From a virus, in the IMG/VR virus record IMGVR_UViG_3300012924_000006, positions 1-22,221 of that record: DNA of 22,221 nucleotides; one strand, written 5' to 3'. Below, one piece after another: positions 7,481 to 13,603 of the stretch (within the stretch, counting starts at the first letter, position 1; each line of letters begins with the position of its first letter). The notes under the pieces were generated by a model, which saw only the letters and a list, made by a program, of their open reading frames with translations, ran no database searches and was not told the DNA's origin. The position numbers and the translations under genes are program-made.

Positions 7481-8759
7481 TCGCAGTGGTAGTAGGAGGA
7501 ATAGGAGGGTTGGGCAGATTGTTCTTCTGCTCCAATTGTACAGGCTTATTGTGTCCCATTGGTGGAAGTTCTACAACTTCAAGAACAGCAACAGGATCAT
7601 AGCCTGCATCAACCAGTGTTTTAGCCGCATTAGCTCTGGCAACCAGAGATGCATCCTCTAGTTCACGGTCATCTGGTTCAGGAGAATCATAATCGAATTC
7701 CACTCCCATTCCTGATGCACCGAATAGAGGAAGCAGATCGTTATTCAATGCCTGCTTAATACGTTCCAGTCTTGGCTTCAGCAGTGATCGTGCATACATA
7801 GTCTCGGAAGCCACAGCATTAGCACGGTTAACATCAGTCACATCACCAAGCTTGAACTTAGGGAAGCCGAATGCCTGAAGGATCTGAGTAGCAGATACCT
7901 GTCGTAGCTCAGCGAACTGAAGATCACGCATGTTGATAGAGTATGGTACCCACTTCATTCCACCTTCCAGGATGGAAGCCACGTGAGCGTTCTGTGTACC
8001 CTTGTGCTGCTCTCTCCAACGGAGCATAAGCTCTTGGAAGTGCTCGTCACTCAGTCTGTCTGGTACTTCAATAACACCACCAGGGTTGGCTGAGTTCTTG
8101 AAGAAGTTACGATTCCATTCAGCAGCAAGACGAGATGAATCCAGATCGGTAAGGATAGATGATACTGGTCCTACTCCTCTGTACAGGTTAAGAGGATCAG
8201 GCATTCTCAGCCCGATTACATCTTCTTTGTCCAGTGGAATCTTCATACCGTCTGGTGTTGTGTACACATATCCAGTAAGGAACTCAGTAGTATCCACAGA
8301 AATGGATACACGGTCTGGTCTCAGAGGCCATAGCTGAAGAGGCATTGCAGCAAAGTCTGATGATGCTACCTGTAGCCAAGCTTCACCAGTCAGATCAATG
8401 TGCTGCTGAATTACTTCAATGAATTCCTGTCGTGTCATAAAGGGATTAGGCTTATTCAGTAGCTTTAGTGCAGGATGATCAATAACTTCTACCCTGTCTT
8501 CTGTCTTACTATTGCCGTCAGTCTTACGATATAGCTTCCAACAGACTGCTGATGTGTCATTAGCCAGTCTATTCACCACAGCAAAGAGTGTACCCACTGA
8601 GGAGTACATGTCCAGAGGAGTAGTTGTAGAGCCCTTCTTGGGCATCTGGAACAGCTCTGTCATAGGGGAGTTCTGTGTCTGTGGTACTGGTGAAGTATTT
8701 CTCAGAGCCTTACTAACGGCGCTGATAAGGCTCAATCGGTTCGCCATCTGGCTCTCCAT
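7452..8759 (-). CDS. Portal protein (HK97-type), 435 aa
   Basis: Size, position between terminase and protease, and the typical HK97-family portal pattern. An alternative start at 8747 (MANRLS) has GGAG 6 nt upstream. Confidence 0.9.
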   Translation of the reverse strand: MESQMANRLSLISAVSKALRNTSPVPQTQNSPMTELFQMPKKGSTTTPLDMYSSVGTLFAVVNRLANDTSAVCWKLYRKTDGNSKTEDRVEVIDHPALKLLNKPNPFMTRQEFIEVIQQHIDLTGEAWLQVASSDFAAMPLQLWPLRPDRVSISVDTTEFLTGYVYTTPDGMKIPLDKEDVIGLRMPDPLNLYRGVGPVSSILTDLDSSRLAAEWNRNFFKNSANPGGVIEVPDRLSDEHFQELMLRWREQHKGTQNAHVASILEGGMKWVPYSINMRDLQFAELRQVSATQILQAFGFPKFKLGDVTDVNRANAVASETMYARSLLKPRLERIKQALNNDLLPLFGASGMGVEFDYDSPEPDDRELEDASLVARANAAKTLVDAGYDPVAVLEVVELPPMGHNKPVQLEQKNNLPNPPIPPTTTANGEPDDQVV

Positions 8760-8958
8760 TCTGTGTAATTAGCCATGAAATAACCATTGCGGCTATTCCC
8801 AATGCAATGAATCCTAGTGGAATTGAGAAGAGGAATACCCCAATTACCATGAATAGGGGGCCAATTACATCAAGAATTGAAGCCACCTTTGTACGGTCTT
8901 GTCCTAGTTTAGCAATTCTTCCTAGAATGGAAGGCAGCCATTTCCTATTCTTATTCAT
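8713..8958 (-). CDS. Small membrane protein, 81 aa, two predicted TM helices, between TerL and portal
   Basis: RBS GGAAGG tgtaaa ATG right after the TerL stop. Hydrophobic stretch VIGPLFMVIGVFLFSIPLGFIALGIAAMVISWLI and a charged C-tail. The 3' end overlaps the portal start by 35-47 nt. Confidence 0.6.
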   Translation of the reverse strand: MNKNRKWLPSILGRIAKLGQDRTKVASILDVIGPLFMVIGVFLFSIPLGFIALGIAAMVISWLITQNGEPDGEPIEPYQRR

Positions 8959-8973
8959 TTTACACCTTCCATT

Positions 8974-10272
8974 CTAGTATGTAATGTGTCTAATACGCGC
9001 ATGTGCACGTAGATCAAGATGAGCAACCATGTATCTCATAGCATCCATACCATGGTCATTGGTCTTCTTGGGTGCATCCTTATCTGTATTCCAGATGTAA
9101 CCAACGATCTCTTCCAGTGAAGAAGCTGGTTGCTTTGCTGAATCCAATAGCGGATCTCTGCGTACCAGTGCATCTCTACAGAAGTAAAGGCGGGGCTTTC
9201 CGTCTGGTTGTACTCTGAGGCGTTCAGCTACGGCCTGAATACCATCGGACACAGTCTTCTTTGCTGCGACAGTACCCATACCAAGATGACGTTCAAGGGT
9301 AGCTCTGTCCTCTGCGTCATGGTCACAGATGATATAACGAGGCTTAGGCTCTCTTTCTCTTCCCTGTGCAAGGATAGTCTTGGCATGATCTTCTACCAAG
9401 CCCTTGGTTGCATACAGCTCACGGTACAGATACAGTCTTCCATCATGATCCTCTGCCCACCACTGACATACGAATGGATTAGTGAATCCAAAGTCGATGG
9501 ACAGATAACGTGTCCAGTCATGAGGTGGCTCATCAATGTGATTGAAGATATGTACTGAAGGATCGTAGCCTTCATATACCAGTCCTTCTGCTGCTGCCCA
9601 GATTCCCTTTCTAAGACGTTCATATCTTACACCTGTGAGATTGTCCAGAGCTTGCATATACGCAGCTCCTACAGCCGTATGAAGCCCTGTACGAGGGTCA
9701 AACAGTAGAGGGTTGTCCTCGTGTCTCGAAGGAATAGACTTAGTCTGTCCTCTGTCACATCTGACCTTTAGCCAATGAGTAGGCATATCCGGATTACAGT
9801 CAGCGATCAATTGCTGATAAGGAATCTTTCCATTACGAAGACGAGTAGTCAGTGACTCCCAGTCATTCTCTGTCAATTCAGTAGCTTCCTGTGCATAAAC
9901 AATATCGTATTCAGTGGACATTACCTTTAGAGCTTTATCCATTCCACCCAGTACAATACGGCTGCCATTCTTATAGCGATAAGATGCAGGTTCCCTGGTA
10001 GATCCACCGAAGAATACTACCTCACCTGTTGCCAAGTGTTCCTTGGCCACATGAGATTCGTATGTCTGAATACCAGAGCCAGAGAGGGACACGAGTGTCT
10101 TACGTACCATGAGAATACGTGCGTCAGGATACTTCATGGCCAGTAGGTGTAGCTTCTCGATACATGCTCTGGACTTACCCGTACCTGCTGCGCCCTCATA
10201 GAGTACTTCAGGATCACGGGAATAGAATAGTTCCACTGCATTGCCAAATGGTTGATAATGATGAATAGCCAT
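8974..10272 (-). CDS. terL: Terminase large subunit, 432 aa
   Basis: Walker A EGAAGTGKSRA near the N-terminus, a Walker B-like IVYAQEATE, and a C-terminal nuclease-type region with acidic motifs (LSIDFGF, IICDHD). Position upstream of the portal. Confidence 0.93.
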   Translation of the reverse strand: MAIHHYQPFGNAVELFYSRDPEVLYEGAAGTGKSRACIEKLHLLAMKYPDARILMVRKTLVSLSGSGIQTYESHVAKEHLATGEVVFFGGSTREPASYRYKNGSRIVLGGMDKALKVMSTEYDIVYAQEATELTENDWESLTTRLRNGKIPYQQLIADCNPDMPTHWLKVRCDRGQTKSIPSRHEDNPLLFDPRTGLHTAVGAAYMQALDNLTGVRYERLRKGIWAAAEGLVYEGYDPSVHIFNHIDEPPHDWTRYLSIDFGFTNPFVCQWWAEDHDGRLYLYRELYATKGLVEDHAKTILAQGREREPKPRYIICDHDAEDRATLERHLGMGTVAAKKTVSDGIQAVAERLRVQPDGKPRLYFCRDALVRRDPLLDSAKQPASSLEEIVGYIWNTDKDAPKKTNDHGMDAMRYMVAHLDLRAHARIRHITY

Positions 10273-10289
10273 TCTATTCCCTTTCTCCT

Positions 10290-10730
10290 CTAAACCTTAT
10301 CGATATCAATTCCTGTAATTCGGTATTCAGCTACTTCAATAGCAAGCTTAGTCTGCAATTCACCAAGCTCTTCTGCCACAGAATTCAATAGCCTGTCAAT
10401 TACCTCTGCATTACGAGCAGAAGTCTTCTGGTCCATAAGCTCTTCAATCTCAGTCTGTCGTGTGGCCAGGCGATTATACTTCTCTGCCACCCACAGTGCT
10501 GCATATTCCTCAAGCAGCTTTTCTCTCCGAGCTTCGATAGCCTCCTGATGGCGCTTCTTGAACTTGGTAATGGCAGGCTGGCTCACACCATAATCTTCTG
10601 CCAAATCTCTTTGTGTCTTCTCATCAATAGCCAGATCATAGATGAGTTTTACCTTGGTCCATTCATTCGTAAGAGGTCTTGTACTGTGATTACTGGAACC
10701 TTTACTGACTTCTGTTACGTCGTCTTCCAC
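10290..10730 (-). CDS. terS: Putative terminase small subunit with N-terminal HTH, 146 aa (GTG start)
   Basis: HTH-like TQRDLAEDYGVSQPAITKFKKRH followed by a coiled-coil tail. Immediately upstream of TerL. GTG at 10730 is preceded by AAGGAG 9 nt upstream. Confidence 0.6.
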   Translation of the reverse strand: MEDDVTEVSKGSSNHSTRPLTNEWTKVKLIYDLAIDEKTQRDLAEDYGVSQPAITKFKKRHQEAIEARREKLLEEYAALWVAEKYNRLATRQTEIEELMDQKTSARNAEVIDRLLNSVAEELGELQTKLAIEVAEYRITGIDIDKV

Positions 10731-10827
10731 CAGTTCTCAACTCCTTTCTGAGGGTTTCGGCTAGATGCTTTGAGGATCTGGGGTCTGCTGCGTACTCACG
10801 TAGTAGAGTATCGATCTTCTTTTCCAT
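10702..10827 (-). CDS. Micro-ORF, 41 aa (MEKKIDTLLREYAADPRSSKHLAETLRKELRTGGRRRNRSQ), first gene of the late operon
   Basis: Hand translation. RBS AGGAGA ctaca ATG. Helical-looking. Its 3' end overlaps the TerS start by 29 nt. Confidence 0.4.
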   Translation of the reverse strand: MEKKIDTLLREYAADPRSSKHLAETLRKELRTGGRRRNRSQ

Positions 10828-10856
10828 TGTAGTCTCCTAGGGATCTGTAGTAATCC

Positions 10857-10885
10857 TGTACTATGTACATAACACCATTGTACAT
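10857..10885. promoter_or_regulatory. Operator-like paired palindromes: TGTACA at 10864-10869 and 10879-10884 (as ATGTACA-N9-TGTACAT) plus TGTACT at 10857-10862
   Basis: Read directly in the 96-bp divergent spacer between the late operon (first ATG at 10827, minus) and the Phd/YefM-like gene (ATG 10924, plus). The hexamers overlap -10-like elements TACAAT (minus, 10877-10882) and TACATT (plus, 10881-10886). Confidence 0.5.
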
Positions 10886-10923
10886 TACTAGAAGCAAAGC
10901 TTCGTTATCATGAGGAGAGAGAA

Positions 10924-11091
10924 ATGGTTATTGTTCCGGCAACAGTGCTACGACAGAAGATGGCTGACTACCTCAAGCTTGTCCAGGAGGGAGAAGAAGT
11001 AGTAGTCCATAAGTACGGTAAGGCTATTGCTAAGCTCGTACTAGTAGAAGAGCCTTCACTCCGTGGGCCCGAAAATCCCTCTGGGGAATAG
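10924..11091 (+). CDS. Phd/YefM-fold protein, 55 aa, N-terminal (DNA-binding/dimerisation) domain only, with no adjacent toxin gene
   Basis: Hand translation MVIVPATVLRQKMADYLKLVQEGEEVVVHKYGKAIAKLVLVEEPSLRGPENPSGE. It parallels P1 Phd INFRTARGNLSEVLNNVEAGEEVEITRRGREPAVIV. Strong RBS GAGGAG agagaa ATG. Below the ORF-track cutoff. Confidence 0.65.
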   Translation: MVIVPATVLRQKMADYLKLVQEGEEVVVHKYGKAIAKLVLVEEPSLRGPENPSGE

Positions 11092-11092
11092 C

Positions 11093-11135
11093 AAAGAACC
11101 CCAGCCCGTCCAAGAAGGATGAGATGGGGTTCTTT
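11093..11135. terminator. Bidirectional hairpin between convergent genes (11-bp stem AAAGAACCCCA / TGGGGTTCTTT, 21-nt loop)
   Basis: Perfect inverted repeat 11093-11103 / 11125-11135, starting 2 nt after the Phd-like stop. A-run on one side and T-run on the other are part of the stem. Confidence 0.5.
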
Positions 11136-11232
11136 AGAATGTGGGTGTCCTACGTCCACGGTTCTGTTGTCTATTGAAAGGGTCCACACCCATATCGGTG
11201 GACGTCCAGGCAATATATACAGTGTAACAGAC

Positions 11233-11376
11233 TTACTTCTGATTCTCAAGATGCCACTTCTTACAACGATGACAGTGAACAGCCTTCGGTTCCTGCTTGC
11301 CTTTTGACTGGACGAGAAGCTTTCCGGCCGCTAGTTTGGCCGATAGTTCGTCCTTGTACCCCTTGGGGCATCCCAT
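11233..11376 (-). CDS. Micro-ORF, 47 aa, Lys-rich with C3 and H-C-H-R-C-K-K-W-H cluster (Zn-ribbon-like)
   Basis: Hand translation MGCPKGYKDELSAKLAAGKLLVQSKGKQEPKAVHCHRCKKWHLENQK. GGAGAG atc ATG begins directly after the upstream stop. Preferred over the overlapping 64-aa R/G/S-rich track ORF 11261..11455. Confidence 0.4.
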   Translation of the reverse strand: MGCPKGYKDELSAKLAAGKLLVQSKGKQEPKAVHCHRCKKWHLENQK

Positions 11377-11385
11377 GATCTCTCC

Positions 11386-11598
11386 CTATGTTAGTAGAAG
11401 CGGCAGAAGGACTGCCAGTAGGGCAATGATAGTAGCTGTGGTGGGGATAGTCCATACCTTCTTCTCCAGGAGCCGAATACGCGTCTCATGGTCGTCGTGC
11501 GCCACTAGGTGGGTGGTATAAGTCTGGTTGAAGTGATCAAGCTTGGTCTCGATACGAGTTAGTGATGCAACGAGTTTGGGATCATCCATCGCGTCCAT
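11386..11598 (-). CDS. Tail-anchored membrane protein, 70 aa, coiled-coil N-part plus C-terminal TM (XhlA-like architecture)
   Basis: Start set to the ATG at 11598 (AAGGAG ttgatg ATG). SLTRIETKLDHF...HETRIRLLEKKVW is followed by TM segment IPTTATIIALLAVLLPLLL. This resembles the XhlA family layout, judged by eye only. Confidence 0.55.
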   Translation of the reverse strand: MDAMDDPKLVASLTRIETKLDHFNQTYTTHLVAHDDHETRIRLLEKKVWTIPTTATIIALLAVLLPLLLT

Positions 11599-11713
11599 CA
11601 TCAACTCCTTCCGGTCTTGTGGGTTAAATGTACACTTCAAGTATACCTGGTACCCGACTTTATAAAGATTTTACTAGTTAGAAGGGTCTGATTACTACCT
11701 ACCCAATCCTATG

Positions 11714-11722
11714 TGCTATACT
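11714..11722 (+). promoter_or_regulatory. Candidate early promoter, extended -10 TGcTATACT
   Basis: TG at 11714-11715 and TATACT at 11717-11722, 35 nt upstream of the first early ATG (11757). The -35 is poor. The same TGCTATACTG decamer recurs at 13672-13681. Confidence 0.4.
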
Positions 11723-11756
11723 GGTACTAAGACCAAGAACAACACTAGGAGATACC

Positions 11757-12002
11757 ATGCTAGAAGTATTCGCAGATGCCACGTTGCCAAGCGGAGCCAA
11801 GATTCTATGGATGTACATCATGCTTTACGGAGGTGATGGTGCCTACACTGCTACGCACGAAGAACTAGCCGCAGGAACAGGACTAGGAAGATCTTCTGTT
11901 ATCCGCTGCGTCAAGGTTCTTGAGGCCAAGGAACTGGTAACGGTACAAAGAGCATCAGGTGGCGCTACATCTAACATCTACTTTGCCCACCTACCCAAGT
12001 AA
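11757..12002 (+). CDS. Winged-helix DNA-binding protein, 81 aa (HTH_36/replication-organiser-like)
   Basis: Pattern LPSGAKILWMYI....THEELAAGTGLGRSSVIRCVKVLEAKELVTVQR...NIY. RBS AGGAGA tacc ATG. Paralogous to the N-terminus of the next ORF. Confidence 0.65.
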   Translation: MLEVFADATLPSGAKILWMYIMLYGGDGAYTATHEELAAGTGLGRSSVIRCVKVLEAKELVTVQRASGGATSNIYFAHLPK

Positions 12003-12061
12003 AAAGCGGCCCTCCCCCCAAGGAAAGACCGCTTAATCACACCAACGAAAGAAGCACTAAC

Positions 12062-13291
12062 ATGTCTAGACGTACAGCACCTACTTCACCCTCTAATTAT
12101 ACCTCGGATGCCGCCAAGGATACTAGCGTGAAGTACAAGATGTTTCATGCCGTGGCTCTCAGCGAACTGGCTGTGGGTAACAAGGCACTACTGCACTTCC
12201 TGATTGTATGCTGGAACCAGGAGACTGGCAAGCTGAATCCAGGAGTAGCAAAACTGTCAGCAGCCAGAGGGATTGAGAACGCCAAGAACTTTAAGGGCGT
12301 CGACAAGTACCTGCCAGGACTTGTTACTGTACACAAGAGTCCGGGCTTTGGCAACTCCTACTCTCTGAACATTCAGATGATTCTTGAACTCCCTCCAATG
12401 AAGGTAGCCACAGACAAGTACCGCAATAACCCTTCTGTGGAAGGGGTCAACAGTAGTAACTCAACTACCCCCCTTCACAGGAAGGGTACCCCCCCTTCAC
12501 AGGAAGGGTACTACCCCCCTTCACAGGAAGGGTACTACCCCCCTTCACAGGAAGGGTCTGAAAGAAAAGAAGAAAGTAAAGATAGAAAGAAAAACGAAAA
12601 CGGCATTGACCAGGGAGTTACTTATGTAGACCAGGAAGAAGTCTTGGCAGATACTAAGTCTTCCCTGGTAGAAGAAGTTCTTTCCTCTGGTGAATCTAAG
12701 AGAGTCTTGACTGAAGAGATTGAGATCTTGGGAATCCTTGGTCCTTCCCTGGTAGACGAAGTCACCGCTAACGCGGCTCCTTCTGTTTTTCCTCTGGTGA
12801 AGACTAATGTCCTTGATGATCTTGAAGACCTAGTAGTTTCCTCTGGTAGTCAGGGAGTCAACGAAGTTGATCTTGACAAGGTAGAGGTTACTCCTGGCAA
12901 GACTAAGAAGACACGTGCTTACTCATGGGTAGTAAAGAAGAAGGACGAGCTTTCTAATGTCAACGAAGTTGATCTTGGTAAGTCGGATGCCACAGATGCC
13001 TCTCTAAGCGCCACAGGCGCAGAGGATGAGGCGAAGGTCAAGGAGATCCCAGCAAAGCCTGAGAGACCCCTTTATGTTGATCCTAACCGTAGTCCTTACG
13101 ATGACGACGATGACTACGAGGATCGTAGAGGAAGAGCCTTCAAGGCTTACGTCAAGTACACGATGCCTGGGTACACACAGAGACTCTCTGACTGGGAGAA
13201 GAAGTACGGTAACCAGCCACTACTACCTATGTCACCAGGAGCACAGGCTCTTCAGGCTGGTCACACGAAGATTCAGAAGCACAACTACTAA
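12062..13291 (+). CDS. Putative replication initiator: N-terminal winged helix, repeat-rich acidic linker containing the iteron array, small C-terminal domain, 409 aa
   Basis: The N-terminal LAVGNKALLHFLIV....AKLSAARGIE....LPGLVTVHK...NSYSLN parallels ORF 11757..12002. The internal PPSQEGYY repeats coincide with DNA dyads. Architecture is analogous to lambda O. Confidence 0.6.
   Translation: MSRRTAPTSPSNYTSDAAKDTSVKYKMFHAVALSELAVGNKALLHFLIVCWNQETGKLNPGVAKLSAARGIENAKNFKGVDKYLPGLVTVHKSPGFGNSYSLNIQMILELPPMKVATDKYRNNPSVEGVNSSNSTTPLHRKGTPPSQEGYYPPSQEGYYPPSQEGSERKEESKDRKKNENGIDQGVTYVDQEEVLADTKSSLVEEVLSSGESKRVLTEEIEILGILGPSLVDEVTANAAPSVFPLVKTNVLDDLEDLVVSSGSQGVNEVDLDKVEVTPGKTKKTRAYSWVVKKKDELSNVNEVDLGKSDATDASLSATGAEDEAKVKEIPAKPERPLYVDPNRSPYDDDDDYEDRRGRAFKAYVKYTMPGYTQRLSDWEKKYGNQPLLPMSPGAQALQAGHTKIQKHNY
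12430..12557. repeat. Iteron array: five 16-bp dyads CCCTTC-N4-GAAGGG, four of them in 22-24-bp tandem units (candidate origin)
   Basis: Dyads at 12430-12445 (spacer TGTG) and at 12471-12486, 12493-12508, 12517-12532 and 12541-12556 (spacer ACAG). Tandem unit is ACCCCCC(C)TTCACAGGAAGGGTA. Confidence 0.75.
12559..12600. other. Purine-strand AT-rich tract adjacent to the iterons (candidate DNA unwinding element)
   Basis: gaaagaaaagaagaaagtaaagatagaaagaaaaacgaaaac has 11 G/C of 42 by my count, and nearly all purines are on the plus strand. Confidence 0.55.
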
Positions 13292-13304
13292 GAAAGGCAA
13301 CAAC

Positions 13305-13583
13305 ATGACATACAAGGCAGGTACGTACTCCATGAACGAAGGAGTCATGACCTACACAACACTTGACGGGGAGACCGTGGAAGTAGATGATGACCCATTT
13401 GAAGGAGCAACCTTTGATGTGTACCGTCAAGGACCAAAGCTCAATCCTGAAAAGGTACGTGAGATCCGTAGCGCTTACGCTTCTGGTAATGTCACACTAG
13501 CTTCTCTGGCTGATGCTTACAGTGTTACCACGTCTACTATCAGTAACGTCATCAATGGAGTTACCTGGAAAACCGTCGTGTAA
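13305..13583 (+). CDS. HTH DNA-binding protein, 92 aa
   Basis: Start set to the ATG at 13305 (MTYKAGTY), just after the upstream stop; the track ORF from 13026 overlaps the initiator gene. The C-terminal NPEKVREIRSAYASGNVTLASLADAYSVTTSTISNVINGVTW is a typical HTH. Confidence 0.6.
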   Translation: MTYKAGTYSMNEGVMTYTTLDGETVEVDDDPFEGATFDVYRQGPKLNPEKVREIRSAYASGNVTLASLADAYSVTTSTISNVINGVTWKTVV

Positions 13584-13603
13584 CTCCAAAGACAGTCGTA
13601 TAG

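Noticed and set aside
10968-11249. 93-aa minus-strand ORF and 62-aa plus-strand ORF (11119..11307) in the accessory island
   Set aside because: The first is antisense to the well-supported Phd/YefM-like ORF and runs through the hairpin and palindromes. Neither has an RBS, and both have odd composition.
11261-11455. 64-aa minus-strand ORF (MDYPHHSYYH...)
   Set aside because: It overlaps the 3' end of ORF 11386..11598 by ~70 nt, lacks an RBS and has an R/G/S/T-rich off-frame-like composition. The alternative 47-aa frame starts right after the upstream stop with GGAGAG.
11681-11691. 11-mer GAAGGGTCTGA in the early promoter region matching the end of the last iteron (12551-12561), as a possible autoregulatory half-site
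   Set aside because: Only a half-dyad is present (no CCCTTC partner). By my rough estimate, 11-mer coincidences are expected many times in a 22-kb sequence. The GAAGGG/CCCTTC arms of the capsid terminator stem (5226-5257) are likewise probably coincidental.
12003-12040. Weak hairpin AAGCGG...CCGCTT between the two winged-helix genes as a terminator
   Set aside because: It has only a 6-bp stem with a 19-nt loop and no T-run, which is insufficient to call.
12430-12557. Tandem repeat array as a possible CRISPR array
   Set aside because: The units are 22-24 bp and directly abutting, with no unique spacers. They lie inside an intact ORF, and no cas genes exist in this closed genome. An iteron interpretation fits better.
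13026-13304. N-terminal 93 aa of the 185-aa track ORF 13026..13583
   Set aside because: This part overlaps the 3' end of the initiator gene in another frame and is Arg/Thr/Ser-rich. The ATG at 13305, just after the initiator stop, gives a sensible 92-aa HTH protein.
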